A stretch of 64,000 bases of DNA, taken from Dudresnaya verticillata. Its lineage: Eukaryota. Positions 9,766 to 20,822 of this stretch are shown in pieces. Below the pieces are notes generated by a model that worked only from the letters and a program-made list of their open reading frames with translations, was not told the origin of the DNA and did not search any database. Positions within the stretch are counted from its first letter, which is position 1; every line of letters begins with the position of its first letter. The translations under genes and the position numbers were made by a program. The stretch lies in the NCBI GenBank assembly GCA_977862235.1, contig OZ374563.1, forward strand, positions 806,001-870,000. The letters are read 5' to 3'.

Positions 9766-11619
9766 TTAGATGACCGTTTGCCGGAGTGGAGTGGATGGTA
9801 CTGTCTCCTTTTCAGGCATATTATCCGTTTCGGTGTCTCCACTTTCAACGCCTAGGACAAGGCTGCTTGCGGCATCAGGCTGCTGGGTCTGTTTCCAATT
9901 GGTTAATCGCACACCATGTTGCACTACACCATTAGGAGTCGATTCCATAACGAAGCAAGGCACTTCCTCATCCAACTCAGCTTTGTCAACACCACCTGTT
10001 CGGAGTCTCGACATACCGTCTGCGAGTTGGTGCTTGATACCAGGGCGGTATTGTACTTCGAACTCAAATTCCGATAGGCGTAGGCGCCATCTAGCTAAAC
10101 GTCCAGACGCATCGGCTAGACTCAATATCCAGCGTAATGCGTCATGATCCGTACGGAGTATAAACTTTTCACCGTAAAGGTAGCGGCGTAGCGTTAGCAT
10201 ACTCCAAACGACAGCAGAGCACTCCTTTTCCGTGGTTGTGTAATTCTTCTCCGCATCGGTTAGACTTCGGCTCCAGTAACCCACTGGTAGATTATCTCCA
10301 CTAGGTTGCTCCTGGAGAAGGACACACCCAACTTGGTAATCACAAGCGTCGGTATCCAACGTATAATTGAAACCATGACGGGGTAAAGCCAATATTGGAG
10401 GGGAGATTAGATGTCTTTTTAACTCCTCAAAGGCGTTAAACTCCGTTTCGGTGAGAGGTCCAAACTCGAATACCAGACCCTTGCCGGTTTTCTTATTGAG
10501 TGGCGAAGCAATGCGTGCGAAATTGGGAACGAAGCGTCGATAGACGTTACATAATCCTAGAAAAGAGCGCAACTCCGTTTGGTTTGTAGGTGGCTTAGCC
10601 TCCTTAACGGCGAGAATATTCTTCCGTTCCACTTCCAGTTGGCCCGGGCGCACTATGTGGCCCAGATACTGTACGGAAGTGTCGAAGAAGGCACACTTTG
10701 ATAATTTCAGAGTTACACCTGCGGAACGGAGTAGCGTGAGAACCTCCTTAAGGTGTTCGAAGTGCTCCGTGACGGTGTTAGAATATACAATAACATCATC
10801 CAGGTAGAATAAGGCAAATTGCCATTTCACCGTAGATAGGATGATGTCAACCGCCCGTTGGAAAGTAGCCGGTGCATTCTTGAGCCCAAAAGGCATTCTC
10901 CGGAAGCGGTATAATCCGTAATGACTGGTGAAGGTAGTTTTGTCACGCTCCTCCTCGGGGATCTCTACTTGCCAGTAACCACTATTACAATCCAGAGTGG
11001 TGAATACTGTAGCTTCTCCAAGGGAGTCGATACATTCATCCATCCGGGGTAAAGGGTATGAATACCGAACGGTGACAGCGTTAAGACGCCTGTAATCAAC
11101 ACAAAACCGCATGGAGCCGTCCTTTTTAGGAACGAAGACCACAGGGCTGGCCCACTCCGAAGCGGATGGTTCGATCACCTTAGCGGACAACATACGATCC
11201 ACTTCTGCCTTCTCCAGCTCGCGCTGTTTATGTCCTGCCCGGTATGGTGCTTGATACACCGGTTTGGCCCCAGGCATTAATTCAATACGGTGTTTCGCGG
11301 CAGTTATATTTCCTAACTCGCCGTTCCACATAGTGCTGAACTCCTCAAGGAGTGTAACCACCTTAGCGCGGAGTTTTTCATCCTTGGCACCAATATGGAT
11401 GTTATCTTTCCAATCGGTGTCAGGGGTTGTAGTTGATTCCGATGCGGTGTTTCCTTTGAATCCATCTTGGGGTGTAGCCTTGCTGCTTTCATTAGGAGGA
11501 GTAGGAAAGGAATTAATATGTCCTCCCCCCTCCTTAAATGGAGGTACACCGTTAACGGTGAGTATGGCAGAGGGGGCAGCAGTAGCGAGGCCCACGACGG
11601 TATACTTGGGTAGCCGCAC
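9766..11619 (-). CDS. Gypsy reverse transcriptase and RNase H
   Basis: KKDGSMRFCVDYRRLN, MPFGLKNAPATFQR, YLDD, LDTDAC, EKEC, TDHDAL, ADGMSR. Confidence 0.97.
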   Translation of the reverse strand: MRLPKYTVVGLATAAPSAILTVNGVPPFKEGGGHINSFPTPPNESSKATPQDGFKGNTASESTTTPDTDWKDNIHIGAKDEKLRAKVVTLLEEFSTMWNGELGNITAAKHRIELMPGAKPVYQAPYRAGHKQRELEKAEVDRMLSAKVIEPSASEWASPVVFVPKKDGSMRFCVDYRRLNAVTVRYSYPLPRMDECIDSLGEATVFTTLDCNSGYWQVEIPEEERDKTTFTSHYGLYRFRRMPFGLKNAPATFQRAVDIILSTVKWQFALFYLDDVIVYSNTVTEHFEHLKEVLTLLRSAGVTLKLSKCAFFDTSVQYLGHIVRPGQLEVERKNILAVKEAKPPTNQTELRSFLGLCNVYRRFVPNFARIASPLNKKTGKGLVFEFGPLTETEFNAFEELKRHLISPPILALPRHGFNYTLDTDACDYQVGCVLLQEQPSGDNLPVGYWSRSLTDAEKNYTTTEKECSAVVWSMLTLRRYLYGEKFILRTDHDALRWILSLADASGRLARWRLRLSEFEFEVQYRPGIKHQLADGMSRLRTGGVDKAELDEEVPCFVMESTPNGVVQHGVRLTNWKQTQQPDAASSLVLGVESGDTETDNMPEKETVPSTPLRQTVI

Positions 11620-12403
11620 CGGTTTGGGGGAAAATTAGTCAGCCATACCTTAAAGGGTTTGTTAGGGATTACATCCATAACCCCGTTAGCCATAAGGGTG
11701 AGGTGCTTATGGATGGGTTTGGGATGGTTTTGAAGAAAACACAAACCACCGGTAGGAGTGGTGACCAATGCAAGGGATTGGGTCTTAGGGGGGATAATAA
11801 GGGATTTTGCTAGTCGGAGCTTTTGCGATACCGAAGCGGATGAAACAGGGGGCCCTGAAGAGTAGAAGCAGCCACCGTTTTGGAGTGTCTGGTTTGTCCC
11901 ATTAGCGAAACCGGAGAGTGGTGATGAAAAACAACTTTCCGTGCCGGTGGAAGGATCGCCTTGACATGGCGATCAATGAAACTGGTTCCCAGAATACACG
12001 GAGCAGCGAGGTTCGCGACCACCAGGAAGTGGACTCGAGTACGCAATTCTCCGATACGGACAAAAAGTTGAATGACACCAAGCGGGCGTATCGACCTATT
12101 GGACGCATCCCGTAAAGGTGGACTGGCAGCGGGGCGAATCAATGACAACCAGTGGCGTGGAAGCCGTCTGGCGTTAATGAGATTTGGCCCAGCACCAGAA
12201 TCTAATACGGTGATGAGAGGTAACATGAGGTCATTACTCCTTCCCACGGTAATCTGGATTTTATAATTCTGCCGCTGTAGAACACAGACAGAATCACCGG
12301 GTGGTGGAAATTCAAGGGGGATTTCTGGAACAAAATCAAGGGGGTACTCCGTAATGGCGGCGGACTGACAGTCCGGCAAAGCCCGTATTGGTGGGCGTAC
12401 CAC
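11620..12403 (-). pseudogene. Gypsy aspartic protease and dUTPase-like spacer (frameshifted)
   Basis: LDSGAGPNLI...ILGTSFI in 11810..12403. MANGVMDVIPNKPFKVWLTNF in 11313..11768. Confidence 0.85.
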
Positions 12404-12429
12404 GTCGCATTGAGGAGACGGGGACGCCC

Positions 12430-13380
12430 TTACACGTCTCCTGCGACGTTTTCCGAGTCGGGGTGCGCCATAAGTGCCTCCTCCACCATATCAGCTGGGG
12501 GCTCGCCAACCGCACCACCATCGACAGTCAGCACCCGTGCTGGGCGTTGCTGGTAGTTGCCCGGCGGACGATTTCCCGTATTGGAGTTGGCGAAGGCCTG
12601 CCGCTTGAGGAGTAGCGCTTGATAGTTGCGCTCGCGCTCTTCCATCAGGGGACCCCTTTCGGTGTCGCTCAGATACGGACAAATGACATGGTCCGGGGAG
12701 AGGCACAAGCGACAGTAGCCGCTTCCATAGAGGCGTCGAACATCCGGTGAGGTGTGATCCGTATGCTCTGCAGCAGGGGATTGTTTTCCAATACGGTGTT
12801 CGCCCTGCCCTTGACGGGGAGGCGTGTTGCCGTGGGGGTGTCCAATATGGCTGGGATGCTGCCCGGTGGTTCCCTGACGGTGTGTGGCTGGGCCGTAGCG
12901 GCTATCAGCCGGTCCGTAGCGGGGTTGCCGGGGTGGTTGCATCCGTGGCGCTGGTGGGCGAGGGTTGGGAGTCCGAGGCGAAGTAGGGTAGACAGTACTC
13001 AGTGGGGAAGAGTACGCTGTAGTAAACGTAACCCCCGACGAGGTGCCGGCGCTTCGACCCGCGCCACCTTCCATAGCGAGCACGTGCTCCTCCGATTCAG
13101 CGGGGTACTCCGAGTAGGTGTAATCCGATGGAGAACCAATCGACAGAACGCCAGAGCGTCTTGACTGACTCCTAGGTTTTCCGTCGAAGACGTGCACCGC
13201 AGAGGTTTGGCGTCTGGTTGCCCGATGGGATTCTCCAAGTCCTTTAGCGTAGCGGGTGATGGCTTGGTAATCCATGTGGGGGGTGTTGCAAGATAATTGC
13301 GCATCTGCTGACACGTTCCCGGTAGGAGTCCTTCCACAAACAGCGACTTGAGGGACCTGTCGGAGAATACTGTACCGCAT
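12430..13380 (-). CDS. Gag C-terminal part with atypical zinc knuckle (frameshifted from 12999..17147)
   Basis: CRLCLSPDHVIC. Lies directly upstream of the protease and overlaps the end of the 1382-aa ORF. Confidence 0.7.
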   Translation of the reverse strand: MRYSILRQVPQVAVCGRTPTGNVSADAQLSCNTPHMDYQAITRYAKGLGESHRATRRQTSAVHVFDGKPRSQSRRSGVLSIGSPSDYTYSEYPAESEEHVLAMEGGAGRSAGTSSGVTFTTAYSSPLSTVYPTSPRTPNPRPPAPRMQPPRQPRYGPADSRYGPATHRQGTTGQHPSHIGHPHGNTPPRQGQGEHRIGKQSPAAEHTDHTSPDVRRLYGSGYCRLCLSPDHVICPYLSDTERGPLMEERERNYQALLLKRQAFANSNTGNRPPGNYQQRPARVLTVDGGAVGEPPADMVEEALMAHPDSENVAGDV

Positions 13381-16300
13381 CGGAGTGCCTTAGTCCAAAG
13401 TTGGTTGGAGAATTGCTCTTCCGTTAAGGCCGACGTCTGTCGAAACGACGTTACGTCCGAATACCCTTCGGCAATCACCTCATCGGTAGCATAAGTCCTT
13501 AGCAAAAAGTTCACCACTTCGGTATAGGTGCGAAGCATCTCTGCTTGCTCCTCGTCGACCGCCATGGTGCCACCAGCGAGACGGGCCTGAAGTATAGCTT
13601 CAGCCTGTCCACTCAAGAAAAACTGGAAACACCACAGTGCGGTTCCTTCCGAAATGGAGTTGATGTTACACGCATCCTTGAACTTCGCGAGAAATCCAAG
13701 GACCGTGATGGGGTCTGTACCGTTAAAGGAGTGGGACTTCATTTGCACCTCCAGCTTTTCGCGGATACGTCCCATATTCTGGGACAAGCTGGAGCTGTAG
13801 TAGGAACTCCTTTTCTCCAGTCGGTATGTTCGGAAATCCAGCGCCTTCACGAACCTGTCGTTCAGGGGTCGGATCACCTTTGGGAGTGGCCTGTCGACCT
13901 CTCGGTGTTTGGCGTCGTGTTTCCTGGCCCGACGCCGCTCGTCCCTATCCGTATCGGAGTAGCTCGTATCAGAGCCAGAGGAATGGGAGGATTCATGCCC
14001 TTTTCGGCGCCTATGGCGCGACTTGCGCTTATTCTTCTTCCTGTTGCGGTGTTGGCTATCATCTGATTCCGTACCGGAGTGTTCTTCGTCCCGTCGAGAA
14101 GCGCGTTTGCTCCGTTGCGAACGGTCACGTTCCTTATCGGAGTGGAAGTCCTTGGCCTTTCTGTCAGCACTGTCTCTACCACTCCGGTCTTGGTTTTTCT
14201 TGGAGTCACCATCGGAGTGCTCACTGCCTCTACGCGAAGCCACCGGCACGGTGATACGTTCCCCCGCAGGCACTTCTGCGGGTCCAGGGACCGTACTCCG
14301 ATTCGGTTGGGGTTGGTGTGTTGGATCCAATTCGGTGTATTGAGTTTGGGTAGGTAACCCAGGGGCTGCCGCTGTCCTTACCGGATCGGGCGGAAACACC
14401 TGAGTGGGGATTTCTGGCATATACGTCGTTTCTCCCTTGACCGGGAAGTTATTCCGTATCGGTGTAGGTCCAGAAAAGGGCTGCTCCTTGGGGCCCGGTA
14501 GGGGTTGTCTGGGGATGAGCATCTGCTCGATCTCCGACGCCTGACGCTCCTGACGGATGAGCGTCTGTACCAACTCCGGAAGGTGTTTCTCCAGGTAGGA
14601 GCTAACTATAACCGGAACGGTGTCGGCGAGCGTGGTCTCAACCTCCTTCACCATGTTGGGTTGCACCTCTATGCGGAGATGCTCCAACACCCGTGGGATG
14701 ACTTCCGAAAGTATCCAATGGACACAATTGGAGTCACCTGGCTTGGATACACCCTTGCGGGAAGTGTCGGAACCAGGTCGGGATTTAGCAAGCTTGCTGG
14801 TTACACCTTTAAGGAGTTCTTCGGGGTTCTCCATACCGGGGTTCAGGTCGGCAGCATCGCCACGGCGTGCTCTCGTGGCTGAAGCTACCTCCGGTTCGGT
14901 GGGCTCACTGCGGCGTGTTCTCGCAGTAGATGGCACCTCCGGGATGGTGTTATCGTCACCGCGGCGTGATCTCGCGGTTGACGGCACCTCACCTTGATCC
15001 GATACGGTGTCCGTGGCCTCCCCATCCTTCTCTAGGGCACGCTCCGCCTCACTCGGCGGGTTGTCCGGAGCTACTTCCATGGGGTCATGAGCTGCCGTCG
15101 CACTCGCGGCCCCTGGAGCCAACTCCGTGCCCGTTGCCGCGCTGTCCTCGAGGAGGTTAGACGCCCTGTTAAGCGGGGTCGACTCCTTCGCAGGTGACTC
15201 GTGTGAACGGGCCCCACCATCGCCAGTTTCGGGTGCAGCCGCCGCTAGAATAGCGCTAAGCCGCTCTAGGAGCTCTCGCTCCGAGAGATTCAAGTCGAGT
15301 TCAACCCCGGAACGCTGCAAAAAGTCAGCCATAGCGAGCCGGGTAGGTCCGGGTGTGCCACCAGTGGCACCCGTGTTAGTCGGGGTGACGGCCTCTGCGG
15401 TCGCATCGACCAACGGTGCATCAGGCAATCTCGGAGTCTTCGCCGGCGATGAAGCAGTAGCACCCCGAACAACCATGCCCCTGGCTGACGACTCCGCACC
15501 CTCGCGCAACTCGCGTTGTGCGCGGGACCGCGGGCCGTCCAAGTCGGCATATGACGTCGGGGGAGCAGAGACGTCGTGACCCGACAAGTGGACGTTGTAA
15601 CCGTCGGAGAAATCTCCGCTACCCTCCTCATCAACCCCCTGCTCCATCGCGTCGTACAGGTAACCGGTGGGATAATCCGCCGGCATCGGCACCGGGTGCT
15701 CGCGGTGAAACCGCGCTTCGTGTTCGCCAACGATCTGGCGTCGCCAGGGGTCATACCAGACAAAGTCCCCGCAGGTGGGGTGACGCCGACCCGGCAAAAA
15801 GTTACGCCGCAGATTACTGCGTTTGTTATTTGACAGCGGCACCACCGCGGGGTCATCCCAATTAATGGTGCTATGAAGCTGCAGCAATCTGCGAAGTTCG
15901 TCGTCGTTACTCTGTCCACCGAGCACGGTGCGGAGGTCCAACGCATCTAGAAGAGACGTCACCGTCGGAGGCAAGAACCACAAGCGCAGGGTATCATACG
16001 TTTCCCAAAGCCAATGCATGGCGATCTTCGCGATGAATTCGGTGTAGGCCACCGTCCACAACCCCGTGTTCGGGTCGCTTAAGAACTCGCTCATGCAATA
16101 CCCGAACACGTTGGGTAACTCTACGAGGAAGCCCTCGCAGGTCTGGACTGCTGCCCAGGCGAGCGGTATGCCGATGTAGTACCGACGGCGGTACACCATT
16201 CTGAAGAGGGAAGCCTCGACGTGGGGATAGGCAACAAAGATGCCGAGACGTGAGCGTTCACGGCGTTCGAAGCGGATCTTGTCCCAAAAGGCGCTACCGC

Positions 16301-17147
16301 GCTTGCGGAGGTAGCGAAACTCATTTCGCAACTGGACGTCAAAGAGTAACGCCGCCTGCGAAACCCGCGGCTCACGCCCGCGCCAAGCCTGAGGGAGGTC
16401 TAAACCGGCCAGATACCACACGTAATCCACTTCACCATTCGTGCGGTATACCGCGTAATCAACGCCGAGGTCCGGCGCGATGACCCCACGACCGATGGTG
16501 CGCGTATGACGCCGGTAGACAAGGCGAGCCCAATCGCGGAACACTACGTCTAGGGGACGGTGCCGGTCGTTGAGGTGGTGAATGGGGACCGCCCCGTGGA
16601 GACGCCAGTCCTCCGACTGCAGTACATCGACGGGGAGACCCCCTGGCAAGTAACCGCCGATAACGTAACGCCCGATGATGTCCATCGCTCGACAGTCGCG
16701 TGGGTGAAACCACGGTGCACGCGCAAATAAGTCGAGGTCCTGCGCCACCTCCATGCCGACGAACTCTGCAGGACGCGGGTACTCGATGGTCGGCGGGGCC
16801 GGTGCGACAGGAATGGGGACAAACCCCGATGATGAGGTCGCCGCGTACGTCGACGGCGACAGATGCGATGCTTGGGATCCGGGTACCGGGGCATTCCCCG
16901 TTTCCTGTAACAACGGCGCCGGTGTCGGCGGAGGCAGTGAAGTCAGGAATGGCGCCGACGACGGCAGGGCAGGAACCGGTGGTAGACGTGGGACAGCCGG
17001 TAGCTCGGCGGTCACGTGCGCAGCAGCCAACGCAGGTTGCGGCACCGGGGCGGATGTGGCGACAGGCGCCGATGGGTTGGGCTGGATCTCCGAGAAATCT
17101 TCCGCGTCCGTCGTACCCGGCGCCGCCGCCGACGGGGGTTGGCTCAT
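12999..17147 (-). CDS. 1382-aa ORF: domain-X protein (17147 to ~15240) fused in frame to Gypsy Gag (~15200-13290)
   Basis: The C-terminal part is capsid-like (FNGTDPITVLGFLAKFKDAC...EVVNFLLRTY...LFVEGL). The N-terminal part contains domain X. Confidence 0.75.
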   Translation of the reverse strand: MSQPPSAAAPGTTDAEDFSEIQPNPSAPVATSAPVPQPALAAAHVTAELPAVPRLPPVPALPSSAPFLTSLPPPTPAPLLQETGNAPVPGSQASHLSPSTYAATSSSGFVPIPVAPAPPTIEYPRPAEFVGMEVAQDLDLFARAPWFHPRDCRAMDIIGRYVIGGYLPGGLPVDVLQSEDWRLHGAVPIHHLNDRHRPLDVVFRDWARLVYRRHTRTIGRGVIAPDLGVDYAVYRTNGEVDYVWYLAGLDLPQAWRGREPRVSQAALLFDVQLRNEFRYLRKRGSAFWDKIRFERRERSRLGIFVAYPHVEASLFRMVYRRRYYIGIPLAWAAVQTCEGFLVELPNVFGYCMSEFLSDPNTGLWTVAYTEFIAKIAMHWLWETYDTLRLWFLPPTVTSLLDALDLRTVLGGQSNDDELRRLLQLHSTINWDDPAVVPLSNNKRSNLRRNFLPGRRHPTCGDFVWYDPWRRQIVGEHEARFHREHPVPMPADYPTGYLYDAMEQGVDEEGSGDFSDGYNVHLSGHDVSAPPTSYADLDGPRSRAQRELREGAESSARGMVVRGATASSPAKTPRLPDAPLVDATAEAVTPTNTGATGGTPGPTRLAMADFLQRSGVELDLNLSERELLERLSAILAAAAPETGDGGARSHESPAKESTPLNRASNLLEDSAATGTELAPGAASATAAHDPMEVAPDNPPSEAERALEKDGEATDTVSDQGEVPSTARSRRGDDNTIPEVPSTARTRRSEPTEPEVASATRARRGDAADLNPGMENPEELLKGVTSKLAKSRPGSDTSRKGVSKPGDSNCVHWILSEVIPRVLEHLRIEVQPNMVKEVETTLADTVPVIVSSYLEKHLPELVQTLIRQERQASEIEQMLIPRQPLPGPKEQPFSGPTPIRNNFPVKGETTYMPEIPTQVFPPDPVRTAAAPGLPTQTQYTELDPTHQPQPNRSTVPGPAEVPAGERITVPVASRRGSEHSDGDSKKNQDRSGRDSADRKAKDFHSDKERDRSQRSKRASRRDEEHSGTESDDSQHRNRKKNKRKSRHRRRKGHESSHSSGSDTSYSDTDRDERRRARKHDAKHREVDRPLPKVIRPLNDRFVKALDFRTYRLEKRSSYYSSSLSQNMGRIREKLEVQMKSHSFNGTDPITVLGFLAKFKDACNINSISEGTALWCFQFFLSGQAEAILQARLAGGTMAVDEEQAEMLRTYTEVVNFLLRTYATDEVIAEGYSDVTSFRQTSALTEEQFSNQLWTKALRCGTVFSDRSLKSLFVEGLLPGTCQQMRNYLATPPTWITKPSPATLKDLENPIGQPDAKPLRCTSSTENLGVSQDALAFCRLVLHRITPTRSTPLNRRSTCSLWKVARVEAPAPRRGLRLLQRTLPH

Positions 17148-17420
17148 AGTTGCGGGTAGCGGATGACCGCGAAGGGGCGTGGTGCGGGAACACGCGGGGA
17201 GCCGCGCCGCGACTGACGTTCAAGCAAAGCAAGCACGCGGAGCGCGCACATCGGTCGTCGAATTTGGAAAGCGGAGAGCCGCGGTCAGCAGCAGACGAGT
17301 CATCAAGACGGCGGCGGGGTTGTTGCTGCGCGATACAATCGGAGATGACTCCGCAGGCAGAGGGATGACACTGCACGATGAGGGGTGGCACAGCGGGTTT
17401 CGCTCTTAGGAGGGGGGCGA

Positions 17421-18261
17421 TGTGGTGCAAGACCCCGGGGAAGAACCCCGTTTTATATCGCTACACCCGCTCGCGCGGTGAGTGGACGACGTTACACGCG
17501 GATCACCCGCGACTATAACATACGCCGATTACCGGCAGCTTGGATGGGCCCGTGCGCGGATGCCGCGCGTGCGAGATCCGGCCAATGGTTGACGCGCCCT
17601 TGGCACGGTGCACGCGCGCCCGTACAGCACGCGCCAACAGCACACACGGGTGACACGTCTCCACGTGTACACGCGTAACATGCGCGCCGAATATATCCGA
17701 GGGAATCCTCGCTCGGGTGCGCCCCAGCAATGCGCACCCTTAGATTACACTGGTTTACAGTGCGGTAGTAGTATTTCTACGCTAGGTATTTTTGCGCGAT
17801 ATTTTAGTGAGCTCGTGGTGCGCGCGCATGCCAAGTGTCCAGCGCACGGCGCCACACACGCGCGCGCATCTCCCGCGGGGGATACTTAGTATACGGGGTG
17901 AACCCCCCCTCACAGTAAAGCGCCAAGCAGGCCTAGGGACTCGAGGATACCCCCACCTTCGCACCCGGTGACGACACCGTGCGCGACTTGGGCTTACGTA
18001 CCCCGTTCTACTGCCTGGCTTCAACAGCACTCAGCGGCGTAATCGCCTTCATCGTTCTACGTGTACTACGGCACTCCAACGTGGGCCGGGGATTTAAAGT
18101 CGGCCCCGCCCACGTTTCAACCACCCGGGGCACACCCCGTGTCCCTAGCTCTACCACCCAACCGGCGCCGACCTCACCGTCGCCGCCTGCTACCAACCCG
18201 TGGGAGGACCACTTCGAACTCTGGTTCTGGGGTTGCGCCCTTGCTCGGGCGTGGCACCACA
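17421..18261 (+). repeat. 3' LTR of plus-strand Gypsy element 3
   Basis: TGTGGTGC...GCACCACA termini, with PPT AGGAGGGGGG at 17408-17417. 17640-18230 is clearly similar to 24310-24915. Confidence 0.85.
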
Positions 18262-19443
18262 CAGGTCTCACGGACTTCTTTACCGAAGGCTGCTGCCGTT
18301 TCGGGGAGTACCCCCGCGAGCTGCGAGCCAGCAATGGAAGGAGGCGGAACGCAGAACTCTGCAGTAGCTGCGGGTTTGACAAGTGTCGCACTGGCTTCGG
18401 TACCATCGAATTCCGCGCGTGGATTGGCTGATTTGGCGCCACAGGGCGATCCCCGAATTGGCAACCGCCAATCTAAAGCACGAATTATGACGAGGGTACC
18501 CTCGGCGCTGAGCACAGTACCACCCCAGTCGATCGCGACGTCAAGTCATCCGGCGTCATCGCCAAAAGGTGCACAACGACGCAAAAATGTCGGTTCCGGG
18601 GATCGACCCCCGCTTACTGCTCGGCTTGGTCAGCCACTATCCCGAGGTCGTCCTCGAACATCCTTCGACGCGGAAAACCGCGATACAACTCCTGTTTCCC
18701 CAGCGTGTGGCGCTGAAGCCAACACGGGGACAACTCTGATGACTAACTCCGCTCGAGGGGACGACAACATCGGGGATATAACCCCGTTTGAACTCGGTAT
18801 CAACACCAGAAGGAAGGTCGCCACAACGCGTGGAACGGGCACCAACTTCCCAGCCAAGCCCATGCCCGAGGTTCCCACGGGCACAAGTGACGGCTTGTGT
18901 GGTGTCCGCGACTATCAAGCTGGAGGAGACTCCGATTGCGACCAGAGTACGCAGAGCGCCTCGACGCCAACGCCCATCGAGGTCAACCCTAGAGCAGAGT
19001 CTGTACCTGCGCTCCCACGCCGACTCGCACTCCTACGACAAACGACACCGGGGTCAACCTCGTATGAGATACCAAGTGGCACCGCCGCCCCACGGCGCGC
19101 AACGTTTGGCCACAGGTGGTCGGACCACCGCATCGTGGAGATACCCACGTTCATGACGCATTATAACGAGGCTCACCCTCGCCTGAGAGCAGGACTCCTA
19201 CTGCTGCCCCCTCCACCGCGGGGACCCCGCGCGCGTAAAGTGGTTGACCATGAGTATACCGACGAAGTTCTCTTCTTCGAGGTTGAATGGTTCGGGTATC
19301 TGAGTTTCGCTAACACACTCGAACCCATCGAGACCCTACCTCGCAGTCAGGTCCTGCACTATTGCCGAAATGCCAAGTTGGGAACACCCAGTATGATACA
19401 TACTGCCATGGTCGGCTCACGTCTAATGCACATCCAACACTAA
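18262..19443 (+). CDS. Low-complexity linker plus chromodomain (3' end of pol of plus-strand Gypsy element 4)
   Basis: RKVVDHEYTDEVLFFEVEWFGYLSFANTLEPIETLPRSQV. The nominal ORF start (18061) lies within the preceding LTR. Confidence 0.75.
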   Translation, partial: QVSRTSLPKAAAVSGSTPASCEPAMEGGGTQNSAVAAGLTSVALASVPSNSARGLADLAPQGDPRIGNRQSKARIMTRVPSALSTVPPQSIATSSHPASSPKGAQRRKNVGSGDRPPLTARLGQPLSRGRPRTSFDAENRDTTPVSPACGAEANTGTTLMTNSARGDDNIGDITPFELGINTRRKVATTRGTGTNFPAKPMPEVPTGTSDGLCGVRDYQAGGDSDCDQSTQSASTPTPIEVNPRAESVPALPRRLALLRQTTPGSTSYEIPSGTAAPRRATFGHRWSDHRIVEIPTFMTHYNEAHPRLRAGLLLLPPPPRGPRARKVVDHEYTDEVLFFEVEWFGYLSFANTLEPIETLPRSQVLHYCRNAKLGTPSMIHTAMVGSRLMHIQH

Positions 19444-20822
19444 CGCTGACTATGGTAAGGCGGAAGGGAAATTGAAGGGAGTGACTATACGACGTTGATC
19501 TATAACGGGCATGAATACGCGGGCAGACCGCTTCGACTACTACTAGCTCGCAATACCAAGTGCGCGACGCTTGCGGCTAGCCCGCGCGCTTTCCCGAATG
19601 ATTGGGTATCGATTGTCGAACATAGGGACATCGGTGATTTCACCGCTCGTCACGGTCGAGCACGGCGCTCGGCGTGTCAATACCTTCCGGGGGTGTCCCC
19701 TTCTCATTATCGACCGGTATTGTACCGCCGGGTTACCAGCGGCATGTATGCCGGGACATTATCCACTGGAGTCCCCTCCGCCGCCCCTGCCTGTCGGTGG
19801 GGCTGCGCAGTCCCGATGTGAGGTTCTGTTCGGGGTTGACTCCGTCGTGGCTCTTTTCGGCTGAAACGCCAGGCTTTCCACCGGTTGGAACGGTTTCGGT
19901 GCCTGCTCTGGCACTCTAGAGAGCGCTTTCAGGGTTGACATCACGCTACGGACGACTTTCATGTTCACTGTAAGTTATCTGTAAGTTGGTCCGATGGGGC
20001 CACAGCAAGGGCTGAGGGGTCCCTGATGTCCCTGTGTGGTGGGGTCTCGTCGTCTATCAAACATTGGCGGCCGTGCAAGTTCAACGCGGAAAACCGCAGT
20101 GGGCGCGCGTCGGGGAAGGTCGCGCGGTTCGCACGGGCGGTATCGCAACGTGGCCGGCCACGGATTAAGTGTTGGTCTAGTCGGCAGGTGCCGCGTGACT
20201 ACTTGGCCGGGGAACGCCCTGTTTTCGCAGCTGAAGGTGGTGTCCCACGCCGGTGTACGTGCCAGTTGCACAAATTTCCAGCGCGGATACCCGCGAGGCT
20301 ACTGGGAAGGTGCAAGATGCCGTCGCACTCGCGTCTCACGACGTGTCGGGCGATATAACGGGACAAACCCCGGCACCAGACGGGCGACACTAGCTCTAGT
20401 ACTACGGAGCTCAACCCCAGGATGCGCGGACGCGCAATGCCGGGCGGCCAAGTTGGCCTCCAGAACGTGGATTTCCACGGTAGCCTGCTACTTCGGTGCG
20501 AACACCGTCTGGTTCACCGCAGTCAGTCTGCGTACTGTCGCTCGTGGAAAAACCGCACAGTTGCCGTCTCCGGCCGTCGAGGAGTACCTCCCAAATTTCG
20601 GGTCAGCGCCCGTCTCGGTGACTGGGTGCATGCAGAAAATAATAAACCGCCACCCCACCGTATTCTGACCAATTAGGGGCCCCCATTGGGCTCAACGACT
20701 GGTGGAAGCTGAACCAGATTTGATGATCTGGAGAGACTCTCAGGGGGTCCTTGCAGTCCACTATATGACGTCGATCAGGGTATTCACGCTCGACATCACA
20801 AGGGTCGCTGTCAAGCTCCGAC

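Larger units (their letters stand above)
4109..15230 (-). mobile_element. Ty3/Gypsy chromodomain LTR retrotransposon 1 (gag-PR-RT-RH-IN-CHD, antisense accessory ORF, PPT, 3' LTR; 5' LTR not found)
   Basis: Domain order PR-RT-RH-IN-chromodomain, plus PPT and LTR. The right boundary is approximate. Confidence 0.88.

Noticed and set aside
18221..18240. PBS-like TGGTTCTGGGG (also at ~24903)
   Set aside because: It lies inside the LTRs, whose CACCACA/CACTACA ends are about 30 bp further on.
20676..20690. TTA-GGGGCCCCC as the Harbinger left end
   Set aside because: Superseded by the perfect 18-bp TIR with ACT duplication at 20624/23238.
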